A DNA stretch of 57,489 bases, counting the filler, from Trypethelium eluteriae (taxonomy: Eukaryota): the NCBI GenBank assembly GCA_051942245.1. It is 2 parts of 2 records of this genome, joined end to end, with 100 filler letters (N's around TTAATTAATTAA, not from the genome) between each part and the next. Parts side by side here need not be neighbours in the genome. Positions count along the whole stretch, not along the records: positions 28,802 to 57,489 come from JAVECL010000305.1; 1 more part is not named here. One strand, 5' to 3'. This document shows, one piece after another, positions 34,388 to 45,740 of the stretch (positions within the stretch are counted from its first letter, which is position 1; each line of letters starts with the position of its first letter). The notes beneath the pieces are model-generated. The model was not told the origin of the DNA and ran no database searches. It was given only the letters and a program-made list of their open reading frames with translations. A program made the translations under genes and the position numbers.

Positions 34388-37342
34388 TTATCCATTACCA
34401 TCTGTTGAAATCACATGCTGCAAGTTCTGGATTAACTCCGGAGTAGCACCCGCGCAATTCTCAGGAAAAAGACGCTCTGCCATCCGCGTCTTGGCACCCT
34501 TAATATTGATAACGTGTTGCTCATAGCTACCTCCAACGACCAGCCTAATAGTCGTCACCTCCCTTGTTTGACCCAATCGATGAATTCGCGCCAATGCTTG
34601 TTCTTCCACTGTAGGATTCCAATGTGGCTCCATCAAATAGGCGCGGCTAGCAGCAGTCAAGTCAAGCCCTACCGCACCACATGCGGTAGTAATAAGCATC
34701 ACTGAAATGGTGGACTTGTGGCGAAAAGTGTCAAGAGCAGCGACTCGATTGGTAGGAGAGACGGCGCCATCGTATCGAACAAATCCGATCTGAGCCTCTG
34801 TGAGTGCTTTTTCGATGGCATCTAGCGTAGAAGTCCACGTAGAGAAGATAATGCTTTTTTCTGATTCGGTCATTTTTAGAGATCTTACTAGGGCTGCAAT
34901 TTTCGTGGAGCTCCTCCTGCAGACCTCGACCGGTGCGAGTGATGACTCTGAAGTCTTTTTTAGGCGTAGATTTGGATCGACCGATGCAGTGGCACAGTGA
35001 GAACGGTGCCCACACCAAGGCTTAAGCTGCGTGGAAAGCTTGAAGTTCCGAAAGCATTCCCCGCATAAGATGCGAAGGCAATGCGCTACCCATGGCGGAC
35101 TAAGTCGATTGGAATGATTGGACTCTTCTACAGAATCGATGGCTATCTTGCAATGTTGACAACACGCGTGTCCAGCTGCAAGGAGGTCCTCATACGCTTC
35201 CGTCGCGGTAATTGTATTCCAGATCGCTCTTTGACGGCTGCTGCTCTTTTGCATGTTGTGATCTTCTGGTAAGATGGCAGCAGTCCCAAGATTGCATATC
35301 ATTCGTAGAGCTGTTATGTAACGTAGTGCACTCCAATAAGTTTGGTGAGACATGTCGTTGGCATTTTTGGCCTCTTCAAGCACGCATTTAGCCCTTTCCT
35401 GGACCGCATTGTACAGTTTCCTTTCCTCGGAATCGAACTCCACGGGAAGTACAGTGTCAACTCGCTTGGGTAGATCTATAGTGTTGTTGGGCCGTCTGAT
35501 AGCCACACACGAAAATAGTCTCTTAAGCCGCTCGATACTCGTGCTCTGTCCCCCACTGGCTGTTGTGTGCACGATATCTTGGTCGAAGACTTTTGGGTCG
35601 GAGTAAGGATAAGCCCGTATGAATTGGAATAAAGAAGCCAGGTCATTGATGCCGTTCTGTAAGGGAGTGCCAGTCATCGCCCACCGCCGCCGACCCTCCA
35701 AAGCGCATACGGCTTTTGCGGTAGCTGTTGAGCGGTCTCGAATAAAATGGGCTTCGTCCAAAATGATGCGGTGCCAGTTGACGGTGAATAATACACTGGC
35801 AGAAGTATGCCGCCTCTGGAACTCAGCAGCAATGGTCTGGTATGTCGTGATGAGGACATCAAGGCCAACGAGCTCAGACCGATGCTTGATACGATCTTTG
35901 CCATGGTGCTTTCGATATCTGACCATCTTCGGTCTAATATGACAATCCAATTGAATGTTCCATGTATGAAGCAAATTTGGCGGAACAACTATGAGAGTGC
36001 AGCGTAGTCGGATCGTGGATGTATCTCCAGACATCGGAGTCGAAGGAACTGAAATGGACGATTGATCGAGCGATAGGTCCGAGGCAACGAGCGCAATCAT
36101 GCTTAAAGTCTTGCCCAATCCCATGTAATCTGCGAGTATACCACCTTGAAATGATGGAGGGCATCCAACTTGCATCTCCCGGGAAATTGTATTCAGATAA
36201 CGACCTCGACCGGCATCTTTCCAAATGTCAGGTCGGGTGCCGTGAAATTCCCACCCCTTTTCTCTGGTCAATAGAAACGTCAATGCTTTGCGTTGGTATG
36301 GAAATAAAGGCGTTATGATAGGTGATGGCGTCACAGCTTCTGGCAGTTCTTGATGGGATCCGAGGGTATCGTTGAGATCTACCAAACTGTATGCTTCCTG
36401 CTGGATGCTAGCGTAGTCAAGCTGCAGCTCTATTGTCATTGGCGGGTTCTTCTGCGTGCCAGACAGTCGGTGCGGATTCCGGTATGGGACATTCTGATCA
36501 CACCCCTCTGGATCTTGGAGATAGAACCCACATTCTTCGAGATAGTGGCCGACCAAGTCGAAGCTCTTCAAGGTACCATAAATGATCACACTCAGATGTG
36601 CACACCATACCGAGCTGGTCTTCAGACTCTTCCGCCTTCGAGGTGTCAACAATTCCCTCTTGATTGTGCATCTCACCTGAAGAACAATATCTGGATCTTC
36701 GGATAAGACACGTATCGCTTTTGCAGTCGCAGGCTCAATGAGTCCAACCTCATTTGAATTGCCCTGAAGAAAGACGCAGTTGGAGCAGACCCTTGCATTG
36801 AAGATTCCATCTCCAAAATCTCCTATTCTGGCCTCATGAACAGAAATCGTAAGGTCGTCGAGCATTCCGTAGCAAACTTTCTCCTCCAGGTCCTCCCCGA
36901 TTTCGTTATATACGTCATACTTTATTTCTAAGTCACCATTCCACCAAGCTTGTTCAAGGAACGGTTGATCGTCGTCTTGCCTGGGATTTCCCTGCTCAAT
37001 TTCGATATTTTCCAGCCAGGCATCGCTCAGACGCAACAAGCCGTTCTTTGGCCCTTCGGCACCGGTGGCTTCGTCGATATCGCTGGGTTTCGCATCTTTG
37101 TGTCCGGGAGAAGGGTGGTTCGATTGACTCGTGAAGCGCGTAGCTTTGAGCTCTGGATCGTCATGATGGAGTCGACGTCGCTTCGTTGCAGGGGCTTCCA
37201 AGTAAATTTCGTCACTTGGATTGGGAGTGAGAACGGGTGACGGGGTGATCACTGGGCGAGCGGCTGGTCCAAGAAATTCGCCTGATTCTCGTGGCGGGGT
37301 AGGGGGAAACTTCGTCGAGGAGATGGATGTGGTGTGGTCCAT
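34388..37342 (-). CDS. Rad5/Rad16-like SNF2-family helicase/ATPase with degenerate RING insert, apparently intronless
   Basis: GGILADYMGLGKT, LIVVP, ILDEAH, MTGTPLQN, Cys cluster CQHC..HC..CGEC..WCGHRSHC, IIFSTWT, GLDLTAA and EPHWNPTVEEQALARIHRLGQ. First ATG at 37342. Confidence 0.92.
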   Translation of the reverse strand: MDHTTSISSTKFPPTPPRESGEFLGPAARPVITPSPVLTPNPSDEIYLEAPATKRRRLHHDDPELKATRFTSQSNHPSPGHKDAKPSDIDEATGAEGPKNGLLRLSDAWLENIEIEQGNPRQDDDQPFLEQAWWNGDLEIKYDVYNEIGEDLEEKVCYGMLDDLTISVHEARIGDFGDGIFNARVCSNCVFLQGNSNEVGLIEPATAKAIRVLSEDPDIVLQVRCTIKRELLTPRRRKSLKTSSVWCAHLSVIIYGTLKSFDLVGHYLEECGFYLQDPEGCDQNVPYRNPHRLSGTQKNPPMTIELQLDYASIQQEAYSLVDLNDTLGSHQELPEAVTPSPIITPLFPYQRKALTFLLTREKGWEFHGTRPDIWKDAGRGRYLNTISREMQVGCPPSFQGGILADYMGLGKTLSMIALVASDLSLDQSSISVPSTPMSGDTSTIRLRCTLIVVPPNLLHTWNIQLDCHIRPKMVRYRKHHGKDRIKHRSELVGLDVLITTYQTIAAEFQRRHTSASVLFTVNWHRIILDEAHFIRDRSTATAKAVCALEGRRRWAMTGTPLQNGINDLASLFQFIRAYPYSDPKVFDQDIVHTTASGGQSTSIERLKRLFSCVAIRRPNNTIDLPKRVDTVLPVEFDSEERKLYNAVQERAKCVLEEAKNANDMSHQTYWSALRYITALRMICNLGTAAILPEDHNMQKSSSRQRAIWNTITATEAYEDLLAAGHACCQHCKIAIDSVEESNHSNRLSPPWVAHCLRILCGECFRNFKLSTQLKPWCGHRSHCATASVDPNLRLKKTSESSLAPVEVCRRSSTKIAALVRSLKMTESEKSIIFSTWTSTLDAIEKALTEAQIGFVRYDGAVSPTNRVAALDTFRHKSTISVMLITTACGAVGLDLTAASRAYLMEPHWNPTVEEQALARIHRLGQTREVTTIRLVVGGSYEQHVINIKGAKTRMAERLFPENCAGATPELIQNLQHVISTDGNG

Positions 37343-37741
37343 TTTCAAAGGAAAAATAGCAATGGAGCTTGACGACCTCAATTCAATCGCTGTATCTGGA
37401 TCCTACGAGTTTGACTCTCGAACACTGGTCCGTCTGATGTGCAAAGGCCGTTCCATATGTTACCACCCCTTCTATCGTCGTGTTCTGGCTGGCAGCACCG
37501 GCCGTGGTTTGCGGCGCATGTGTCTGCCTTACGAGGCTGCCTTGATCAGCTGTGACGGTATATAAGGTATCTTACACATACACGTAAGACCGCACCGGTG
37601 GCAGTGTCAGGAAGCTTTAATTCCTTTTGCGCTCCCTGATCTTTGCAATGCAAGCGGAGAGTATAGTTTACACAAGCAATTTTACTTTACTTCTCATCCG
37701 ACCTTGACGAACCTCTAGCCTAGGGCGACAGCATCGCAAAC

Positions 37742-40700
37742 ATGGCGTCTACGTCGCCCAGCGCCGCTCCGCAAGCTCGCCTGACCTTCCAGGAAGCTTT
37801 CGACCGCATCAAGACTACTGTCAGCGAACAGGATGCGCGTCAATTCCAGTCCACGACGCTCAAAGATGTCAGAGATGCAGCGATCGATTTGGAGGCTCGC
37901 TTGGGAGAACGAAAGAGTCTCCGAAACATGCGACGTATCCAGCCTTTTCTTGATGGCTTGGATCGATATTCCTCAGCTGTGGAGGTACTGTGTAATGGTA
38001 CTCCATTTCTGCCATGGATATGGGTAAGAGCGACGAACAAGCCTACGCTTCGATGGTGTTCTAAACTGGAATTGACAGGCCCCAGTGAAATTGGTTTTGG
38101 AGGTAGGACCTCTCCTGTGTTTCCTCCACCGTGACCAGGATATATCTATCACCGGAGTTGCCGTCCGCACTTGAAAAAACGTCTCTGACTATAGCAGTTA
38201 TCCTCAGGCTTTGCTCAAGCCTTTGAACTAATCATTTCAGCGTACAAAGACATCGCTCAGACATTGCCCCGATTTGACCGGCTGTCTGCCACTTTCAAGG
38301 CAGAACCAGACTTTCAGCATGTGTTGGCCGTCTTCTACGCGGATGTAGTGGAGTTCCATCGCCGTTCGTATCAGTTCGTCCGAAGAAAGGGTGCGACATT
38401 CATTCATGTGGCAGTATGGGAGCTAACCTCCAGAGTAGGTTGGAAAACATTCTTCCTTTCATCGTGGGCGCATTTCGCGTCCAGATATAAGAAGATTTTG
38501 GCGGATCTAGCAAAGCATAGCGAGCTTGTTGACAAAGAAGCCGCGGCATTTGCATATGCAGAGGCCAAGGATTGGAGGGAGAACTGGAACGAACAAATCT
38601 CAAAGCAGGAGGAAGAGCGTGCTACATCTCAGTTCGACGCTGTCATGGCTTGGTTGGACATCGGAAAGTGGGACCAAGAATGCGAGAATGAGTTGTGTCG
38701 ATTGTCAAGCCGGTGTCAGCGTGGAAGCTGCGACTGGATCTTTCAAACTCCCAAAATGAAGGCTTGGACACGCCAAGGGCCCCAACAGACACTCGTGTGG
38801 ATGAAAGGCAAACCTGGATCAGGTATATGCCCCCTTGTCCTACCAGGCTCCGATGGAAATGCTAAGCATGATAACTCGAAGGGAAAAGCGTACTTTGCTC
38901 GAAAATCATCGAATCGCTGCAGAATAATTCCAGCAGTACAGTCTTATATTATTTCTGCACGCTTTCTACTATAGATGGTCAAACATGCGCCAAGGTTCTT
39001 CGGTCCCTAGCTGCTCAGGCCCTTCGAGCCCATCCTGAGATATCAAGTTGGATCTACGATGAATTCATCTGCCAGAACAAGATGCCGTCTTTAGCTCAGC
39101 TCCGCATCTTATTTCCGACAATGCTATCCATTCTGCCGTCAACCAGAATAGTTCTGGATGGTCTTGACGAGTTCGAGGCAGATCAATACAAACCAGTCCT
39201 AACGGAGATCGATTCATTGCTTCGAAACAAACAAGTAGAGGGTGGGTCTTGTAAAGTATTAATTTCCTCTCGTGACCTTCAGCCGATATCTCGTGTGCTC
39301 GGAAGACGTTCACAAATCTCGCTTAACGAAGAGCATCAAGCCATTAATTGCGCAATCCAGCAATTTGTAGAGTACAACATGCAAGAGATTCAGGCTAATA
39401 TTGATGACATCCCTGTGGACGGAGGCGAAATGGCGGATATTAGTCGAGCTCTCGTGGAGAAAGCTGAAGGTTTGACACTACCTTTTACCAAGAAGATAAT
39501 CAGGCTTATTTGGATCAAGGCATGTTCCTATGGGTCCAGCTTGTGGTGAAAACCCTTGAAGATATCTACAGCATCGAAGAAATGTATCAAGCTGTGAATA
39601 CGCTGCCGAGAGGGCTGGATGAGGTGTAAGTATGCATAAAGAAGCAAGTCCTCCTCAAAGCTGATAGAAACTGTAGCTACAGCCGAATTTGGAGTAGAAT
39701 CGAAGGCCAGCTTGATGGAAAAGGGTTGTCGAATGTTATCCGAATATTCGAATGGATCGCTTTCGGTGAGAGACCCCTTAAGAAATATGAAGTACAGGCT
39801 GGTGTCTCGCTGTACCATGAAAGCACAGTCATTAGTGCGAACACTCAAATGTCTCGGAATGTTTTCCATCTCTGCAAACCTTTGCTTGAAGATGGACCGC
39901 ATGATACTGTTCGATTTGTCCACTCTTCGGTCAAAGAGTACGTCTTTATCCTTGTGCTAGTAACATGCATGCTGAATAGGCCAGATATCTACTTAAGTAC
40001 AAGAGCCACTTCGAGCATGGACTGTTGCCGCATTATGATATTGCATTCGCCTGCACCAGCTATCTGCTCAAGGGCCTAACACTTGTGGACCCAAGCTACA
40101 GTGAAGACCAGAGCTTGATGGATGTGGGTAAAGGCTATCACAGGCTTCAAATATACTCGAATGAGTTCTGGTTGGAGCACATATTAAAATATGCCAGCTT
40201 GGCGTGCAGTAAACATAATGTACTGCCTCCAACTAAGCTACTTTTGGTTCTTCAAGACTTCTGTCGAGAATATATATCTATCAGCTCCCGAAATGGCCAA
40301 TCGAAAGAAAAAAAAGGCCAGAAGCAAATTCTTGAGATGAGGGACTCCCGTTTCGAGTTTTTCAAACCCTATGAAAATATCTATTCAATCCTCTTGAGCT
40401 TGGCTACCTTTCGGAGGATCTCGATCGAAACGCCAGGCAACAGAATAACAGGTAAGATCTACATTCTAATTCATAATCCATTCGTGTGACTGTTTACTAT
40501 CTTTGCGTGGAGTGCGTTGTCCAGGCTAATACCGACCGAATCCGTAGCTCGTGCCGTTGCGGACGCTTATCAAGACTCAACTCTGTTCACGTCCATGCTA
40601 CATAAATATTATAGTCTCGTACAGCACTTAGGTACCGCCGAAATGATAAAGGGACTCCCAGACAAACAATTAGCGACATTCAAACGCCTCTACGGTCCTT

Positions 40701-41149
40701 CTGCGTTCCCTTGTCGCATTCGCGGCTGTCCGCGATCATCGGATGGGTTCGAGAACGACCGTGACAGAGTAGAACATGAGGAATTACATACTCTGAACCT
40801 CTATTGTCCCGAGCTTTCATGCGAGTATCACAAACTGGGTTTTCTAAATGCACGAGCCCTCAAGAAGCATATGGAATATCATAATGTTCTGCATCGGACG
40901 CCGCCAGACACCCTCCGAAGAGGACATCCAACCCTGGATGATCCCAAGGCATCGCAATCGAGCACTGAAGGGTTCCAACTGGACGTTGGACGTTTGACCG
41001 ATGATGAAGAGGACAATCAGCTCAGTCATGATTTTGATCTCGACATCCCTTCTGAGCTTATCCCGAGTTCGAAACCCAGGGACTTGAAGCTCGAGAAGGA
41101 GGACTCTTTTGCACTAGCGACAACATCGTGGGACGATGTATACGATTGA
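37742..41149 (+). CDS. NACHT/STAND NTPase with helical N-terminal domain and two C-terminal C2H2 zinc fingers, multi-exon
   Basis: N-terminus FQSTTLKDVR..LRNMRRIQPFL..EVLCNGTPFLPWIW. Walker A GKPGSG/KS is split by intron ~38823-38881. Walker B RIVLDGLDE; KAEG/MFLWV; VRFVHSSVKE. Fingers FPCRIRGCPR..HEELH and LYCPELSC..KKHMEYH. Confidence 0.88.
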
Positions 41150-41272
41150 GATTTCGTAATGCTCTGTAGACTCAAGTGAGCTTAGTTTAAACTGTAGAAC
41201 GCATTTTAAGAGAGCAGAAGGTGTTGAAAGCAATAACGCGGTTGGCAACGAAGATACAATCGACGGGCTGAT

Positions 41273-41457
41273 TACCTTACCGCGGTTAAGGGGTTCCTCA
41301 ACTTGTAAATAATACAATGTTATTTCGAATTTACTGTTATGCTCTTGTTAGCCCATGTTAACGCTGCCTTAACATGGGCGAACATGGTCATAACAGTAAA
41401 ACTGAGGTAACATTGTATTAATTACCAGTTGAGGAACCCCCTCTCCGCAGTAAGGTA
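41273..41457. mobile_element. 185-bp foldback (MITE-like) inverted repeat
   Basis: Arms 41273-41361 and 41369-41457 are ungapped reverse complements (74/89 identical by manual alignment) with a 7-nt loop. Ends read TA-CCTTAC...GTAAGG-TA. Confidence 0.75.
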
Positions 41458-42461
41458 TCTTCTGGATAAGTTCATTAAAGTATTCTTCCTACAACATCTA
41501 GCGTAAACGACCAAGTGGAGCAAAAAAGACTTTCTTTCATTCGGTTGATCGTATGGATTCCATGAGGCTGCGGTGTCTTCTGAGCTGACATCTCAACTGG
41601 CCTACGTAGCGATATAGTGGGATCGACGAGGGTTGCAGCGCGAGCAGTTGCATTGACAAAGTCCTCACATTTGCTTGATAAGGTCACTGATATAGGTTCC
41701 AGTAAGAGGATTTTTAAATCACGCTATGATATCTTCGGTTCTAAAGAACATATGGAGTGGTATCAAGCGTTCACTGGGCGAGGACACGTGAATGAGTTAA
41801 ATTCCTAATAGCCAATGGGCTGCATTATTTCTATGTTAGACACACGAAGGCATTGTCTAGTAGCAAAGGCTGATATAGTCAATAAGATAATTTAAAATTG
41901 CATCAATGTTGTGTTCTGTTGAGTAGTGGTTGTGAACTATTCATTCCCTCACATGGTCTAATTTATATCCATGCAGGAAATTCTCATGCACTGTACGCAT
42001 TTGATTGTAAGATTTCAATACCGAAGTTTAAGGGGTTGTGAGGCCGTTTCCTCTCGAACCGAAATATCAAATACAGAGCTCCTCTGTGGTATTAATGATT
42101 TTCTTCTCAGAAGGGCATACACAAGAATCGTCAAGCTTGAATTACCAACAAAGAAAACTAAGGGGGAAAAAGGAGGAAAGTCGAAATGGGCATTCATGAA
42201 TCTTCGTAGATCAAGATTTGTGCAACCAAAAAAATCAAGATACTCGCATGGCCTGAAGAGAAACTGTTCATGTCAAACACTAGCAAGGAGAAAATCACAG
42301 AAGCTTCTGAATCAATTTCTTCCGAATGAAAAAGCGATAGCCAGTGGTATTATTCAAATTGTTCCAGACTCTTTGCATTGAACGGTGTCAGTAATAGCCC
42401 GTTTCTCGTCACTGATACACTTTCTAGCAGATCCCGTAATATGTGGGTGAAGGGGCGGCGT

Positions 42462-43190
42462 TCAAGGAACAGAGCCGACATGAGTTTTGGGGTCATTCGG
42501 ATCTCGCTTTGGGCAGTGCGCTATCTCCGTGTAAATGAAACTTCCACCCATGATTGACTGTACAGCCCAAGCGGTTGGCTCGAAATACTCGTCAGGCTCG
42601 TAATCAACTTCGACAGATAACTCTCCTTCCTTCTCTTGGTACTCCACATATTTGCCATTATTCCTTTGAATCCCTAAGGTCTTCTGTACACCCCAGGACC
42701 CGATGCACTCTTGAAGATCGCACCAGAATTGTAAAGGCGGTTCTTGTAGACTAGTAGAGACTGCGCGCTGACAGTCAACTGGAATCCAGATATCATCATC
42801 GGCTAGAGCAAACTTAATTGGGGTAAGTTCACTCTCATTAAGGCCCGCAAGACTTGTTGGCCTTGTGTAGAACTGCTTGTGATTATCTGGATCATAATCG
42901 CTGACCATAATATGTTCCTCAGGAAGCAAGCGATGTCGATGGAGAGCAGCTATAGCAAATTCGTCCTCCAGATGGTACTTTGCTATTATTGCGGCTACCG
43001 CATCGCGCGCTTGACTAGGTAGTTGGGTGGTATGGAGCGGTAATTGATTAAAGCTGTGAATAATATTAGTATATTGTGTACTCAGGCTCAAAGTGTAATG
43101 CATCACAAACATAGTAGACACCTTGGTCAACCTCTCCTTTGCAAGGAATGACAAAGACGCCATAGTTTGGGATAAATTTGGCTCGGTCAT
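42462..43190 (-). CDS. Small hypothetical protein with ALHRH motif
   Basis: 242-codon ORF with a probable in-frame intron (GTTTGT..ACTAAT..CAG, about 43110-43053). Reads FNQLP..IIAKYHLEDEFAIAALHRHRLLPEEHIMV. Confidence 0.65.
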   Translation of the reverse strand: MTEPNLSQTMASLSFLAKERLTKVSTMFVMHYTLSLSTQYTNIIHSFNQLPLHTTQLPSQARDAVAAIIAKYHLEDEFAIAALHRHRLLPEEHIMVSDYDPDNHKQFYTRPTSLAGLNESELTPIKFALADDDIWIPVDCQRAVSTSLQEPPLQFWCDLQECIGSWGVQKTLGIQRNNGKYVEYQEKEGELSVEVDYEPDEYFEPTAWAVQSIMGGSFIYTEIAHCPKRDPNDPKTHVGSVP

Positions 43191-43410
43191 GGCGGCCCCA
43201 CAAAAGTCTTAGAGAATCTAAGAGGTCGAGGGCAAGACTTCAGAGTAACTGGACGTTGCCAAAATTCTCGCGAGCGTGTAGGTCACAACATCGAACTTAC
43301 CCAAGGGTTGGGAGCTCTTTTATAGGGCTGCTGTGGCGATGGGGAGGAGATAAAGACGGAAAGAGCCAGCTCTTACTCCTTTGGACCATTGTTTGATAGT
43401 CTCCACTCCA

Positions 43411-43486
43411 GGCCTTCATCCTAATCAGAGCCTTCATACTATAAACAGGGGCTTCATAATATAAGCAGGGGCTTTATCCTAATTAG
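43411..43486 (+). repeat. Four degenerate ~18-21-bp tandem units (GGCTTCAT..TA..AAGCAGG-like)
   Basis: ggccttcatcctaatcag / agccttcatactataaacagg / ggcttcataatataagcagg / ggctttatcctaattag. Confidence 0.5.
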
Positions 43487-43736
43487 AAAATATCAAATAA
43501 GGAGATCAGTACGTACTATTACTCGATAGGTGCAGAATCGATCCCATCCGAGAAGGACTTCCTCCAAACGGCAGATCTGATACTCTATTCCAATCCTCAA
43601 CATACAAAAGAAATGATATCGAAGTGAAATGACGATCAGTAGCATGACTTCTGTACATGGGCCCATTCTTCGTTTTGCTTAGTGTGGAAGGGCGTTCTGC
43701 CAACGTGTCTACTGAAATAGATTGAACACGTAGGGG

Positions 43737-44735
43737 CTATTTGCAAGTCGCTAACACAAGCATAGCAGGCCAAATAAATTGTCTTACAGCCCTTTCTGAG
43801 CCCATCTGTAAAGTTAATTCATTGAAGAGCCTGCCGATCTCGGTCTCCCCGGGCCCGTCGCCTGCCGCATCCTTGAACCCCGGGAAGAGTATGCTCATGT
43901 ACTTTTTCAATTCTATCGCATTCCAGCTGACCTTCCAGAACTCCGGATCCTCGTGTATAGTTACTCGCTCCTCATTGGTCCTATTTGACACCGCCTTATT
44001 ATCAAACCTACAAGCCTCACGACCGGAGAAAGGTAGTGTTGCGTAAGTATTCTTCTTAAAGCGCTGGAGATCGTCCCAGTCCGTGGGATTAAACGCCAGA
44101 TAGTCAAGCCAGCTCGCCATACCTTCTGCGGCACGCTTAAAACCTCACTGTCATACCGACAGGCTACCCTAAATTACTTTGGACCAGTTATGAGTCACAA
44201 TTTCACTAAGAATAGGCTGACAGGCGTGATAGTACTCTGGCTCCAAAAAGGTCGGCCGTCCATAGAACCAGAATGCTAGTGTGCCGTCAGACTTTAGAAC
44301 CAGTGCAATTGTCTTTGATCCAACGTTTTCATCCATGGGTACCATTGCCTTGGCAGCAGTAATCATGTTGGCGGACTGGGGTGGGTAATGCGCCGTCAGG
44401 TCTTCGCCCTTTGTATACGTAAATGATATACTGGATGCAGGAAGAGAAGCGAGCCTCCTGCGGGCGAAGGGGAGATGGATATCATTATTATCTGAGGCGA
44501 TGGCGTGAGTGAACCGTGACGCTAGCTCTGCAACAACTTGCCCACCGCCATAGCCAATATCGTGGGCGACAGCCCGGGAATTAGAGTGCTTGGTACGTCG
44601 AGCGTAAATGAGATTGTAAAATGCCTCACTGTAATTGGGTCGTGTCGATATATAAGTATCCCAGAAAGCCGAATCGTCCGCAGCCATTTTCCAAAAATTC
44701 TCCGAACCTTCTGGATATGGGATATCGTTAGTCAT
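43737..44735 (-). pseudogene. Class I SAM-dependent methyltransferase with three in-frame stops
   Basis: FWDTYISTRPNYS..VAHDIGYGGGQV..IASDNN..LKSDGTLAFWFYGRP. ORFs 44169-44882 and 43737-44120 share a frame, separated by VI*GSLSV*Q*GFKRAAEG. Confidence 0.8.
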
Positions 44736-45740
44736 GATGTCTAAATGGAGGTTAAAAAAAAGGTATAACACTATTCGATTCTTTGAGGTTAAAGTAGCTG
44801 TGTGAAGCTTTGGGAACCAATCGAGCCAGGCCGCGCTGATTTTATTTCTCGTCGTCTGTGTTGGATCAGCACTGAGACCCACGTATTTGGAAAGGTAATG
44901 CAGAATAGGAAAAGATCGGAATATTGGAGCATTTCACACTGACACTAATGTGGACGTTTAAATAGCAGGCAAAGTCATAAAGCCTCTTCTGCAGGGCTGC
45001 CAAATGCGTACGTCGGTAGTGCCTCAGGGGCTTCCATAGTGGCATCGGGGCTCCCGACGAATCTTGGTTGTACTCCGACTGCATTCTAGCACCGGAAAAA
45101 ATTACTGATTCTGTAGAGTGGGCTGACTCCTGCAACTCTCCAGGTCATGCCTGCTAAAAGCTGATACTTCCTCAGAGATATCACACAGCCTGTGTCAATT
45201 CATATGTGATCGTTGTCAGGGAGCCAAAAGTATCAGTGTTCCGCTTATATGGAAAACTGAGGCAGACCCTGGAAAAACAATGTGGTGAACTATTCACAAC
45301 TAATTCCCTGGCTATTGAAATGAATCACTAAGTACTAATACCATTCTTGCCTGAGAATCTAAGCCAAGCCCAAGTGAGAGCTCAGGCTAACTTGCATCGA
45401 AGATTCAGCAGTCACAAGACGTTTTCGTTGAAAAGCCAACAAGATAGCCGGCGACACCAAAGTCGGAGCCGTAGATTATTCGCCTGTTATTGAGCTGGAG
45501 GAGGATCAATTAGCTTCCATGACGACATCATGATATGATGTAGATTGCGGCAACATATACATAGCTGTATATAGTGGGGGATTTGAGTCCAGATCGTCCA
45601 GAACATGGCATACTTCTCAAGAGTGCAGCATGATGAGCTTCAGCGAAGAATAATTCAACATCTTTCGTCGGCTTTGCTTTTTTTGGTTATAAATTAACCC
45701 AGACTAAAAATCTCGGCCAAGCACCACCATCATCTTCCGA

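Noticed and set aside
41971..42381. 136-aa plus-strand ORF
   Set aside because: No motif, A-rich low-complexity sequence and no splice or codon support.
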